Below are positions 25,230-39,060 of a DNA stretch of 64,000 nt, piece after piece. Location of the stretch: positions 198,214,001 through 198,278,000 of the forward strand of contig OZ024743.1 of assembly GCA_964016885.1 (NCBI GenBank), read 5' to 3'. The notes under the pieces were generated by a model. The model ran no database searches. It was not told the DNA's origin and saw only the letters and a list, made by a program, of their open reading frames with translations. Numbering within the stretch: position 1 is the first letter of the stretch; the number at the start of each line of letters is the position of its first letter. The stretch is from Eledone cirrhosa. Taxonomy: Eukaryota. Position numbers and translations under genes: made by a program.

Positions 25230-25414
25230 TGGAGTTTGTATTTGTGTGTATATACATATATATATATATATATATATTCAGTAATTAGGAATATTACAAA
25301 GCTTGGTAGAACAAGTTGTGAGGAAAGTTATCAACATACGGTAAGGTGACTCGACAGGTTGGTAAGGATTCTGTAGTGGAAACACGAACAAACGAGGAGT
25401 GTAATCAAAAAAGA

Positions 25415-26710
25415 GAAAATTATAAAAATTAACATACTTAATAAAATTTCACTCCAACTAATTAGTTTCTGAAAGGGAATACACATGGTTTCCGAATGGA
25501 ACATGGAGAATACCTTTCGTCATCCGGAAGTCAATTCTCAGCTAAGTTGCCAGGCGATGCGTGGACACAGGGAACTTATACAAAAATAATTCAGTGGATG
25601 GAAAAAAGCAAGCGAGGACTAAATTCCAAGACATTGAAAAAATCACTGCCTACTTGGTCGGTGGCAAATTCAAAAGAATCAATCACGTAACATCGAGGTT
25701 AATCAGTGAGGAGTGGGGTGTTAATAAGACAGTAGCCGGACTATTACTATGAACTATAGTAGTAGCTTTGGCAAATTTTTGCTCAACAAAATAATTTGGA
25801 GATAATTATAAAGAATTACTATATCTACCAACATATATATGCAGATGCATACCTATGCTAGCAAATATATAGGTTTTGTCTTAGTAACTTTGTGTTTCAA
25901 TGCAAGGGGATGCAGAACAATTATATGAAAGACGTAAAATAAGAAAATTATAAAAATTAACTTACTTACTAAAATTTCACTCCAACTATTTTTGTATAAG
26001 TTATTTTTGTATAAGTTCCCTGTGTCCACGCAACGCCTGGAAACTTACCTGAACATAGACTTCCTGATGACGAAAGGTATTCTCCATGTTCCATTCGGAA
26101 ACCATGTTTATTCCCTTTCAGAATTTAATTAGTTGGAGTGAAATTTTAGTAAGTAAGTAAATTTTTATAATTTTCTTATTTTACGTCTTTCATATAATTG
26201 TTCTGGATCCCCTTGCATTGAACTACAAAGTTACTAAGACAAAACCTATATATTTGCTAGCATAGGTATGCATCTGTATATATATATGTTGGTAGATATA
26301 GTAATTCTTTCTAATTATCTCCAAATTATTTTGTTGAGCAAAGATTTGCCAAACTACTACTATAGTTCATAGTAATAGTCCGGCTACTGTCTCATTAACA
26401 CCCCACTCCTCACTGATTAACCTTGTTTCACGTGATTGATTCTTTTGAATTTGCCACCGACCAAGTAGGCAGTGATTTTTCAATGTCTTGGAATTTAGTC
26501 CTCGCTTGCTTTTTTCCATTCACTGAATTATTTTTGTATAAGTTCCCTGTGTCCACTCATCGCCTGGGAACTTAGCTGAGAATTGACTTCCTGATGACGA
26601 AAGGTATTCTCCATGTTCCATTCGGAAACCATGTGTATTCCCTTTCAGAAACTAATTAGTTGGAGTGAAATTTTAGTAAGTTAATTTTTATAATTTTCTT
26701 ATTTTACGTC

Positions 26711-26715
<5 letters not shown>
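25415..26715. mobile_element. Inverted plus tandem island, family E (period 527 bp)
   Basis: About 1.1 units on minus (25415-25988), then about 1.35 units on plus (26003-26715). CTGATGA-CGAA..TTCG-GAAAC at 26064 and 26591; stem I not convincingly paired. Confidence 0.85.
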
Positions 26716-26782
<67 letters not shown>

Positions 26783-26913
26783 GTATATATGTATATATAT
26801 ATATGTTTTTATATGTGTATGCATATATATATATGTGTATATGTATGTATATGTATATTTGGATATATATGTGTGTTTGTGTGTATTTACTTGTGTGTGT
26901 ATATATGTATAAA

Positions 26914-26987
<74 letters not shown>

Positions 26988-27044
26988 TGTGTTTGTATGT
27001 GCGTATATGTGTATAGGTGTGTGTGTGTGTATTTATGTGAGTAT

Positions 27045-27080
<36 letters not shown>

Positions 27081-27085
<5 letters not shown>

Positions 27086-27472
27086 TAAACGGAATAGAAA
27101 ATGCTGACAAATTGTTCACAGTTGAAAAATGGTTTAATTAGGAATAAAAGAGTATTAGTGATTGTATGGGTTAGTATTCAGTTGTGGTTTTAAGTTTTTA
27201 AGTTTTTACCGGTTGCGCATTTCTAAATGCTTTTCAAAAATAATTTTGAGATAGAGTGTCCGTTCTGTTTGCTCTGATCAGAGCAAACAGAACGGACACT
27301 CTATCTCAAAATTATTTTTGAAAAGCATTTAGAAATGCGCAACCGGTAAAAACTTAAAAACTTAAAACCACAACTGAATACTAACCCATACAATCACTAA
27401 TACTCTTTTATTCCTAATTAAACCATTTTTCAACCGAACAATTTGTCAGCATTTTCTATTCCGTTTACCAAT
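27081..27472. repeat. Near-perfect ~390-bp palindrome with no spacer, family F
   Basis: Arms of ~196 bp centred on gctctga|tcagagc (27277/27278), differing only near ctgtgaac vs ccgaac. Single diverged arm at about 38002-38190. Confidence 0.92.
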
Positions 27473-27506
27473 ATATAATAACTTGTGTGTTACACCTCTA
27501 TTCTTT

Positions 27507-27558
<52 letters not shown>

Positions 27559-27561
27559 GAT

Positions 27562-28001
27562 AAGTATGTATACATATATATATGTATACAGACGTACATT
27601 AGTATGTATATATATATACATACATTCACACATATATATGTACGTATGGATTCACCGAACATTTATTATAATGCTCGGTGTGTTTGTAAACAAACATCCC
27701 GAATAATTAAGCCGTACAGTGTCTAGCAACCATCGTTGCTCACTTGTTCAACACTGACAAAGGAATGCTGTACTAGTTTCAAGCTTATTAGCTATGGTCA
27801 GCAACGTACACCTTCCTGCCAGATGAATGAACGTCTCAAAGTATATACTTTCCTTATGCATATTAACGGCTGAGCAGCCTATTTGCATATCGAGCGAGTT
27901 AATCGGCCGATAAACGGAAAAAATGAAACGAAATTTCATTTCTCATTCTTAGTACGGCTATTACTTAAATATAAGTATGTATACGTACACTCGTACAGTA
28001 G

Positions 28002-28032
<31 letters not shown>

Positions 28033-28142
28033 GCATACATGCACACATATATATATGTACGTATGGATTCACCGAACATTTATTATATTGCTCGGTGTGT
28101 TTGTAAACAAACATCCCGAATTAAGCCGTACAGTGTCTTGCA
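27562..28142 (-). mobile_element. Second family B locus, ~1.4 units, HHR at 27765-27807 with mutated core
   Basis: gtacgtatggattcaccgaacatt occurs at about 27640 and 28057. ACGTTG-CTGACCA-TAGCTAATAAGCTT-GAAACTAGTA-CAGCAT on minus. Confidence 0.85.
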
Positions 28143-28568
28143 AGCATCGTTGGTGAATTCATGGACAAGAGATACAGACCATCCGACATGGGTAAGATGT
28201 GAGCGAGAAAAGGATTTCACACAGGTCAAACGGGAGGATGTGAGAGAGGGGGAGAAGCAGAGAGTGAGTGAGTGGGAGTGTGAGGAAGAGGCCATTCGAG
28301 AGAGAGTGTGACTGGCAGAGTGGGTAAAAAGAAGGTGAGAGATACAAAGAGAGGGGAAGCAGTAAGAAAGAAAAAGACAATCGCAGCTGTCTCGCTCGCT
28401 TCACGCTATTTTACTTGTCCCAATAACTTTATTTAGTTATTGCTCGCACCAACCAGAGGTATATGATTTTTAAAGCGATGAAATATGAATGAAGGTTGGA
28501 AAATCACTGATGAAGGAATAATTTTATTCATACGTAACCCATGTGTAACCACGCAGCACTCCATTTTT

Positions 28569-28658
<90 letters not shown>

Positions 28659-29184
28659 TGTGTGTCTGTGTGTGTACGTGTGTGTGCGTGTCTGCGTGTA
28701 TACCTATATGGGTATAAGAGTGTTTCTTGCGCATGTGTGGTAGTAAAAGTTTTATATATAAATATATATATATATATGTATATATGTGTATATATGTATA
28801 TAGATGTGTATGTGTACGTATATGCACATATGTGTATATGTGTGCGTATATATGTATATATATATGTATATGTATGTGTGTGTATATATATATATGTATG
28901 TGTATATATAAGTATACATGTATTTATCTGTGTGTGTGTGGATGTGCTTGTAGACACCTGAAATATAGCTTAAGAGAAACTTGACAATATGTAGTCACCC
29001 CAAATTTGAACTTATTTATAGAATTCTTTCTGCCTTTGTCACTCTAAATATAAATTATAGCCTTAAAGAATTAGCTTATAAAGAATTCCATTTTCTTTCA
29101 ACCAATGGCCTCCACTCATCCCACTCCCCACCCTCTCCTACCACCAGAAAATATATAAATACCACCATATTTACTTGGACAGTC

Positions 29185-29235
29185 AGCTTCCTGATGATTT
29201 CTCATGAATGAAACAGTTCTAGTCCTGTAGAAGCT
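29185..29235 (+). ncRNA. Type I hammerhead ribozyme, family G
   Basis: AGCTTC-CTGATGA-T TTC TCAT GAA T-GAA ACAG TTCTAGTC CTGT A-GAAGCT. All three stems pair. Confidence 0.88.
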
Positions 29236-29379
29236 CTTCTATATTAAAACTATATATATATATATATATATTAGCTCTGGTTTTTAACTATGGAGCACTT
29301 TGCCAGTATCATTTCTGATTTTTGCGTTTCACTTCGCTTTTCCTGCCCGCCGAAATGCGATTCTCGCTGAATCTTTATT

Positions 29380-29424
<45 letters not shown>

Positions 29425-29470
29425 AAATAAAATAAATAAGTCAAATGTTTAAAATTTAGCTTCGTTTATT

Positions 29471-29525
29471 ACTGCTATATATATTTCAGTGACAGCCATC
29501 TTTGGCTGTGACCTCTTCAGGCAGT
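29471..29525 (-). ncRNA. Type I hammerhead ribozyme
   Basis: ACTGC-CTGAAGA-GGTCACAGCCA AAGA TGGCTGTCACT-GAAA TATATA TA-GCAGT. Confidence 0.85.
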
Positions 29526-29696
29526 CCGAATTAGTCGTCGAGTGCTCCAATCTGCATACTGAGGTGTTGGTATACAACCAACATATACTCAATATATATA
29601 TATAACGGCGATGAATTAGTTTTGCGAAGTTTTTGATATAAACAGACTAAATAAAGATGGCGTAGACATACGATGTAACGGAAGGAAACAATAGCA

Positions 29697-29737
29697 CCAC
29701 TGATGATGTTGCAGATGTGCAACGAAAGAACTTTGAT
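29697..29737 (+). ncRNA. Type I minimal hammerhead, family H (stem I eroded)
   Basis: CCA-CTGATGA-T GTTGCA GATG TGCAAC-GAAA GAAC TT-TGA. Downstream tail (to about 29932) matches 48826-49016. Confidence 0.7.
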
Positions 29738-29930
29738 AAACTATATATATGTGTCTATATTGTATCTGTATTTTTGACCGTTGGTCAGTCAATGGCAACA
29801 TTGAGGACCGAATAAATTAGATTACCGATATAAAAGACACAGAAGCGAAAAGCGAAAACCAACCAGACAGTGATTGTGTTCCGTTATTAATTCTGGCAAT
29901 ATTACACAAATATGACCCTCCCCAAGTATA

Positions 29931-29969
<39 letters not shown>

Positions 29970-30566
29970 GATGGCTACAAACCCTGCTAAGATTACTGCA
30001 ATCGCTTGTCAGATTATAGAGTTTGGTGCACTTTTATGTTGCGGCCAGTCACACAAACCTGTAACAGATCCTGAACAAGCAATACCTGTGCTTTGAAGGT
30101 TTCTTAAGTGTGGAACACCCTTGCACTCGACCAATCTCCCTCTTTGACCATCGAAAACACTACCCGAAAAAGAGAACTGGTTAACATCATCAGATGCTTC
30201 CGAAGCCGCAGGTTTTTTATTTTTTTTTGCAGAGTTCCCTTCTCCTAGAAAAGTGTTGTGACAACAACTGGGGGCTTTTGACTCCCAGGTTAAAAAAAAA
30301 ATACTATTTGGATGGCCGTTGACTCTGTTGAGTTCCTCCGCCGTTTGCCTGGTCTTGTATGTCATTACGCAGGTGGTCCAAATATTATCCTCCTCACCAA
30401 GCTAGCTTGGTGGAGTTGCTGGTTTAGTCACCGACGACCCGACCATGAGACAGGTTCTACTGGCTTACACATGTTGCCAGTAGCACTCGAGAGCGACCTG
30501 ACACACACACACACAGACACACACACACACATATATATATATCTAATATATATATATAAATATATT

Positions 30567-30636
<70 letters not shown>

Positions 30637-30827
30637 TGTATATATATATATAAGTATATATATATATATTTATGTGTGTGTTATATTATATTATTTATTT
30701 ATGTTCATACACTGAACAAAAGCGCTATCAAGGTTTCAAGGCCCAATATTGACCACACCACCATATTTCTATTCTCTTACCGATTGAGCACTGTTTTCCT
30801 CTTTCATTTTCACACCTATGGATATTG

Positions 30828-30942
<115 letters not shown>

Positions 30943-31672
30943 GTCACCTTAAAAATCATTTAGGTATAGAATGATACACTTTTATTGGTATGCTTGGAGT
31001 GTTGTAATATAGCTATTTATTTGAGAATAGTCTATTAAAAGTTACTACTTGAGTTGAACGTGTGTCTAAAATATCAAACATCTTCAGTTGTAATAGAAAC
31101 ATTGGAGAACACCAAATGCAATTAGCAATCACATACACGAGACATATATACATACGAAAAGTACAAGTGACAAACGTTCTGATATCGCTACTGAACTTTC
31201 AATATATTAAAAACTTTTAATATTTAAAAAAAATATTGATTATAAAATATCGGGCCATAATTCCACTCCATAAAGCTCTACTAGTATCAAATGTCTTCTT
31301 AGTTCTCGACTACATTTTTTGTAATATATCATATTGCTAGTTTTATGACACATTCACATAAAGCAAAATATGTTCAATATTATTCTGTTATTTTCTATAA
31401 TATTTGGCCTCTATTAAAACCTAACAAATATACCGTTTGTCATCAAAATTATTTGACATAAATGTAATTTAAAAGAATATCACATAGCATAATATGTGTA
31501 GAGAAAAGGAACAAAATTGAATACACTGAATAAAATGTCTGCCTGAAAAAATATATATAAAATGTACATTTATTTGATAAAAAAGAACTTGTCAAAATCA
31601 TCGCTATTTTCATAGCTACTTCTCCCCTACACAGATACACATGCATGCACACACACACTCACAATCTCTTTA

Positions 31673-31703
<31 letters not shown>

Positions 31704-33596
31704 AAAGCATGGACATAAACTCACACAAAAACTCACACACTCACACACTCATACACATGCTCTCTTTCAGGCGCTGCTATACATGTATCATGGGACGGGT
31801 AATTAGTTGAAAAACTATTTATGTTGATACCTTTTACCAACTCTTACCACTTATCTCAATTATGCACCATTTTGTCACTATGAACACCTTTTACTTTAGG
31901 AATGCAAGAGTAAAGTTACACTGATGTATATTTGCATCTACGTATTGATCTAAATCGATGTATAAATATGTATATAATCACGCAGAGAAAATTCTAAGCC
32001 ATGCACATCAATTCATTTGTTCATAACAAAAATATTTTTGTACGTATATAACTAGATTGGTGCGTATATATTTGTATAAATAAACATATAGTGCTATTTC
32101 TAACAAGTACGTTTTGTTCATATCAACAGAAAGAAAAGAAGACATTTAAGAAATCGTTGAAGTGTTTTTTTAACTCAATTGTCTAAATGTGAATTTATGC
32201 TTGTGTATAGTGCTATAAACGCCTGCATTAGATAAAATGCTATAATATTTAAATATTTTTTATTTATTTCAGAGTGACGTTTTTATGCCTGGGAAATAGT
32301 GGAGTGATTTTGGATCTAGTAGGAAAACGGTGGGGATACATAAGCAAACACTGTTAAAACATATATCTTGTGAACAGCACATATTTACACCTTGATAATA
32401 GATGTCCTCAGCGCACATTGTATATATTATATTATCGGAAAATATTCCTGTTTTGTAAGTCTAGCACAAAATACATATATGTATACAAAACCTGGAATCA
32501 AAGGAACAACAAAAAACAGGAATCGTTGGAGTAGAGTAATTAATAGAGGAGTGAAAAACACGAAAAATGCAATAAATTTCAGACTTATATGTCCCATGAT
32601 AGAAATAGAAAAAAACCATAGCTATGACTAAATTAATTCAAAATTTCCATATATTTGTGCATTGCTTTGAAAGCAGCCATCATATTCGTGATGTTCTATT
32701 GTGACATTACACAGATGTGCAAGATAAGAGCAACAACAATAAGAAATTTGTTTCGCAAAGAACACCTATTTCATCTTGAAGCGGAAATTAATTTCGAAAA
32801 TTCCAAACGACATATTGGCTTTGGTCTGTCCAAATATTTGCCAGCAATAACTGGGAACCAGTGAGTGGTTTTGTGAACTCGACCGTTGGAGTTAACATCC
32901 AAGCATACAGCTCGGATAAGCTCTCTCTTTGACCGGCAACATACTCAAGAGAGTTATACTCCACCATATTGAAGAGAGGGACAGAAGCCATTATCGTTCA
33001 CACTCTCTGATTAATGGATGGGAGTGAAGCTGAAAACAATGAAATATACTAGTCTGCCTCTATAGCAAATCGTAGCAATAGCAGCACCAAATCTCTATAT
33101 GTGTACGTCATGAAACCTAGAGTGGTCAGGCAGCTTCCGGCAAAGAAGTAAAGAATAAAAATGCGTTAGATATTATATTTTTGATGGCATTCAACATAAT
33201 ACGTTTTTTTGTGAATGGAGAAAGTTAATAGGTGAAGTTGAGCGCATATGTACAATAAAATCCGTCTCGTTTCATAGCATTGACTCAATCCAATCACACA
33301 ATCTCAGAGCGGACGAAGCTTTCTGATGAAATAAAGATAAAGATATGAAAATATAAAGAAATTTAATAAGGACTATATTCTGTGGTGAACTCGGTAAGTT
33401 ATCGAAGATTTCTCGCCTAAACATAAGACATTATTCACCAAAATACGTTTTTGGCTTTACAGTAGACGCAAAGAACCTCATTCTTCTAAACACTAAAGAA
33501 AAATAGAAGGAAGAAAGCATATAAGAAATAATGTTTTCTCATATTTTTATTCATATGTATTAGATGTGTGATGATTGTATAAACACACACATACTG

Positions 33597-33631
<35 letters not shown>

Positions 33632-33932
33632 AATATACGCACAAACATACATATATTCACTCAATCACACATCCCCTCCTATATATATGTATATATATAT
33701 ATATGTTTGCGTGTGTGTGTATGCGTGTGTGTGTGAGAGAGAGAGAGAGAGAGGGAGGGAGGGAGGGAGGGAGAGAGAGAGAGAGAGGGAGAGAGAGTGT
33801 GTGTGCTGGTGCATACGTGTGTGTGTATAGATGTATGTATAGAGAGAGGGAGAAAGAGAGATATGTCTCTTTTTTCTCTCTCTCAGTATTTATATTTGTA
33901 TGTTCGGTCATGTATGCACGTATGCATGTATG

Positions 33933-33977
<45 letters not shown>

Positions 33978-34001
33978 ACACACACACAGACATACACACA
34001 T

Positions 34002-34067
<66 letters not shown>

Positions 34068-34261
34068 ATATTTCCACTATACTTTCTTTCACTAAGTTGT
34101 TTGATTGTGTGCTGGTGTTTGTTTGCAAGTGTGTTTTCTTTTATATCTCTCACTATATACAACAAACTATTTTCAATGGATGGATTATATATATCTATAT
34201 CTATCTATATATATATATATATATATATCTATCTATATATATCTATATATCTATATATATA

Positions 34262-34357
<96 letters not shown>

Positions 34358-34362
34358 ATCTG

Positions 34363-34396
<34 letters not shown>

Positions 34397-34397
34397 A

Positions 34398-34439
<42 letters not shown>

Positions 34440-35028
34440 AAGTCATACACACGCACACACACATGCACACAAACCTACACACACACACGCACACACATGC
34501 ACACACACACACACATTTATATATAAATATATATATATATTTATTCTACTTGGATTTATTGTTGTTTACAGTGTTTGTGTGTGCTTCCTAAGCATTAATG
34601 CTTTTATTCTATTATATTTATGTGTTGTTGTTTTTTTGTCGATATTGGCGGCAAGTGCCGATACCACCAAAGTGCCGTTACCAACCAAACTATATACTTC
34701 CTGCAGTTCTGCGATCAAAATTCTCCGTTTAGAACAGCAATGGATATGATTAATTTCGTCACTATTATTGTCATCAGACAATTTTTCTGACGTACTACTA
34801 TCGTTTCTTCTCCGCAAAAATAAATAACTCAATAAATAAACAAATAAAGAAAGAAATAAAGAAAGAAATAAAGAAGTGTTTTATAACACTCTCAGTCATG
34901 ATATGTGATTGCGTGTGCATAGATTTTGGTACATGTTTTCACTGTCCCCATCTCTCTCTCTCTCCAACTCTCACCCTCTCCCTTTCTCTCTCTTTCTTAC
35001 TCTCTCTCTCTCTCACTCTATCTCTCTG

Positions 35029-35063
<35 letters not shown>

Positions 35064-35065
35064 TG

Positions 35066-35165
<100 letters not shown>

Positions 35166-35305
35166 ATATATATATAGAGAGAGAGCTTATAGAGAAATAG
35201 AGTGGTTGCAGTTACGCACTACCACCTAAAAATATTCGCATATGTGAGTATACAACAAAAAATTGTCTCTCTATCACTATCTTCACACACACACACACAC
35301 AAATC

Positions 35306-35340
<35 letters not shown>

Positions 35341-35397
35341 TTATATATACATACACACATATATATATATATACATACACACATATATATGTATATA

Positions 35398-35443
<46 letters not shown>

Positions 35444-35462
35444 CATATATATTTATATGTAT

Positions 35463-35605
35463 AGAACGAAGGTGTTGTGGTAAGGAACCAGATGGACCAT
35501 AACGCACCAGAGTACTCAATACTTAGGGTAGTAGAGTGGGTAATAGGAGAAAGTAAGACCCCGAAGGCACAGCTCAAGCCGTTTCGACGGCTATTTCTGG
35601 ACTAT
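35463..35605 (+). repeat. Short TA-embedded repeat, family I
   Basis: gtggtaaggaaccagatggaccataacgcaccagagtactc...ccgtttcgacggctatttctgg. Copies at about 48080-48264 and 38225-38325 (minus). Confidence 0.75.
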
Positions 35606-35799
35606 ATATATACTCCGTATCTTATGTGATATATACATACATATATATATATAAATATATACATAAATATTTAAAAAATAATGAATAAAATAATTAAACA
35701 GTTCCTTATATTAAACAAAAAAAGTTCATTATTTAACGATCGTTTCTAGGACATATATGTGTTAGAATTGGCATGCATATTCATTATCTACATAAATAT

Positions 35800-35860
<61 letters not shown>

Positions 35861-35862
<2 letters not shown>

Positions 35863-36582
35863 AAATTAAGATAAATCAAAATGAATTAATCTAAATCAAA
35901 ATTATGAGTGTTATGCCAGAAAGGCATGCGCCATATCACCCGCAAAATAAGCTAAGATTCTAATGAATAGGTCCGAGCATTTTACAACAACTAGAAATTG
36001 ATTAACATATAAATAAACACATGAATAATCACAGGAGATAATTTTTACAAGTGTGTAAGCACACATAGCTAGGTAGGTAACTAAATAAAGTTAACTAGAA
36101 CTTCAAAAATAGATACCTTATAATATGATTAATCTTCCCTGTATATATTCCATTAAAGAAATATATTTCACCAATTAATCGAATGCCGGTACTTGGATTT
36201 TCAACAAGGAAGAAGTCCAGCGATCTATGTTTACGCATTAAGTTCAAATCAGCGACTGGCCAGTAACACGTGCTGTATCTACTAGAAATACACACATCAT
36301 ACCAGCTTCGTCCCAGTGCCGTGAATAGGGTTATCGACAACTAGAAACAGCAATCAAGTCCTTTCAACAGAGTTAGTTCTACAATTAAGGAGCCGTATTT
36401 TTATATCTATATCCCAAATTAAGATAAATCAAAATGAATTTAATCTAAATCAAAATTATGGGTGTCATGCCAGAAAGGCATGCGCCATATCACCCGCAAA
36501 ATAAGCTCTAAGATTCTAATGAATAGGTCCGAGCATTTTATAACAACTAGAAATTGATTAACATGAATTTCTAGTTGTTATA
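35861..36582. mobile_element. TA-embedded island with ~150-bp terminal direct repeats (period ~554 bp) and a terminal hairpin
   Basis: aaattaagataaatcaaaatgaatt...acaactagaaattgattaacat at 35861-36008 and about 36415-36564, followed by inverted aatttctagttgttat. Confidence 0.85.
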
Positions 36583-36596
36583 TATATATATATAAT

Positions 36597-36657
<61 letters not shown>

Positions 36658-36939
36658 CACACACACACATATATATATATATAATGTAAACTGATGGTCA
36701 TGTGGACCGAGAGATTGGTGGGTCGTTTTCAGGCCTCGGCACATAATTATCCATCTAACGAATTACGAATTGTCTCTCTTGATGTGGTAGCAACTCCTCT
36801 CAAAATGATATAACGGCAACTTCTATTTCGGCGAATATGTCGTTCGATATATTACCTTAGTTATTTACATTACCTGAGACATTGTTCTATAGTATCTAGT
36901 GCTAACCAATCCTGAAATAACACAAATGATTAATATATC

Positions 36940-37160
36940 AATTATTTCTACTTCAGGCACACGGCCAATTATTGTTTTGGGAGGGGATAGTCGATTAAAT
37001 CGACATCAGTCTATTAAGGGTGCTATATTTTTTATCGATCCCGTAAGGATGAAAACCAAATCTAACCTCGGTGGTTTTGAATTCAGAACGTAAAGAGCCG
37101 CAACTCTGTGCTGCGAAGCATGTTGTCCGGTGCTCTAATAAAGCTGCCAATATACCCCCT
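36940..37160 (-). mobile_element. SINE family 1 (diverged), adjoining a possible RTE-like remnant to about 37520
   Basis: tttttatcgatcccgtaaggatgaaaaccaaatctaacctcggtggttttgaattcagaacgtaaag. Confidence 0.65.
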
Positions 37161-37716
37161 TCATATGATTAATTTATATTTATGGAAATTGTTGACTAGA
37201 CTTAATCTTTGGCACACCGACTTGCTGCTATGTCTCATCCCTTTACATTCGAACATCCTAACTGAAATCGTAAATTCTATTTTGTTTCTTTCCTTGTATA
37301 TCTCACCTACGAAATTATCTTTCGGTTTCTTTGTATCCTGACCATTACAATTTGCAAAAGCAACATCCATCGTCATCTCTGCTCTCCGAGACTTATGTCC
37401 TCTCTTCCTTGGTCTTTCCCCTCTCGATATCCCCTTTAATTTTACTGGCATTATTTCCATGTTTACAGTGAGTATAAAGATGCCATAATTTCTAGAATAG
37501 CCTCTTTTGTACTGTATATGATCTTGCACATGCAACTGGAGTCATCCTAGGTCAGCGATCCTAGTGGCGTAATCGTGTGTAGAGACGACCAGGTCTACCA
37601 GCGCCCTCCATCGCTGGTGGTCTAGTCTGAATCCTCCAAGGTAACACCGAGTCTCTGGTGCTAGGCCTGCCGCGGGGCCTCTATCAGCCTGTAGTATAAA
37701 AGCCCTTCATATACAA

Positions 37717-37757
<41 letters not shown>

Positions 37758-37970
37758 GACGCGTGGCTGAGTGGTAAGAGAATTAGATTCGCAATCGTGA
37801 GGTTGTGAGTTCGATCCCGCACCGGCTCATGCGTTATGTCCTTGAGCAAGACACTTTATTTCACGTTGCTCCTTCTACCTGGTGTTGCGACCGATAGAGA
37901 GTATTAGCAATTAGAAAGACCCATGGAAACATTGTTTCCTCGGTCCGATTTGACGAAAGTCGATCGACTG
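37758..37970 (+). mobile_element. tRNA-derived SINE, family 2 (CORE-like)
   Basis: gcgtggctgagtggtaag (A box), gagttcgatccc (B box), tgtccttgagcaagacactt. Confidence 0.85.
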
Positions 37971-38482
37971 AAAAAAAATATATATATATATATATATATA
38001 TTAGAGCAAAAGTCACGAGCACTCTATCTCAAAATTATTTTTGAAAACCATTAGAAATGCGCAACCGGTAAAAACTTAAAACTAAAACTGAATACTAACT
38101 AATACTTATTACTAATTTATACTTATTCCTAATTAAACTACTTTTCACTGGGAAACATATGTCAGCATTTTCTTTTCCTTTTTACTAATATATATATATA
38201 TATAAAACTATATATATATATAACTACGGGATCCTGACTCTTTTCCTATTACCCACTCTACTACCCAACATCGAGTACTTTGCTGCGTTATGGTCCTTCT
38301 GGTTCTTACCACACTTCCTTCGTTATATATATATATAAGAAACAAAAAAAAATGGCAATGATACGAAAGATTTCCTGGTGAAAGTTCATGTGCACTCCGG
38401 GTGGTATCCTGTTTCGGGGTGAAAATCGAATTAGAAAATCCAACGAATTTTGAGAGGGCCACGTAAACGTTTATATATACAT

Positions 38483-38818
38483 ATATGTATGTAAAAGGTA
38501 AACAGAAATAACAACACAATCGGTACAGTATATGGAAGGGATATATTAGTTTAACGCTTGATATAGCAGGAAGGGGGTTTTAACGCTTCGAGCACTAGTC
38601 CTTCATCAGAAGAAAGAATGAGAAATAAAGACATTTGTTCCTATTCCAACCCGCCCGTTCCCTCAATCTATCTTATTTCTCATTTTTTCTTCTGATGAAG
38701 GACTAGCGACCGGAACGGTAAGACGTTCTTCCTGCTATATCAAGCGTTAACCTAATATATCCCTTCCATATATTGTACCGATTGTGTTGTTATTTCTGTT
38801 TACCTTTTACATACATAC
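38483..38818. mobile_element. Fold-back island with ~140-bp arms, each with a degenerate HHR (38577-38612 minus; 38688-38723 plus)
   Basis: Arms reconstruct approximately TCTT-CTGATGA-AGGACTAG(T/C)G.CC-GAAAC GTT-AAGA; each copy has a different substitution in GAAAC. Confidence 0.75.
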
Positions 38819-39060
38819 ATGCATTGCATATATATATATATATATTGAGTTCCTAACACGAAGTTTGGATTCCTGCGTATATATTATTTTATTTTTTACG
38901 ATGACCCCCCCTTCCCATTTGGGGACAGTGTGAGATTTTTTTTTTTTTTTTTTCACGTACTGCTGCACTTCCAAACTTAGCGGCTCTATCTAGCACTGAC
39001 GGTGATTATCGCTAAATATTAATATTGATGTAGTTATTAATATTGATATTACTTGGGCAT

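Noticed and set aside
24300-25350. Long ORFs of YI/CV/HT repeats (also near 8.3-9.1, 14-15, 33.6-35.5 and 49.8-50.3 kb)
   Set aside because: Translations of dinucleotide microsatellites.
18430-28570. CRISPR-like or prokaryotic system
   Set aside because: No regular short repeat-spacer array, operon structure or cas genes; the context is eukaryotic.
30300-30500. Hairpin-rich segment resembling a LINE 5' leader; tested for an HDV-like ribozyme on the minus strand
   Set aside because: A P1-like pairing exists, but L3, P1.1 and J4/2 do not fit; the 118-aa ORF has no recognisable motif.
33318-33360. CTGATGA...GAAA motif
   Set aside because: No credible stem II and AT-only pairing; likely chance. 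The same applies near 10188, 16626 and 31082.
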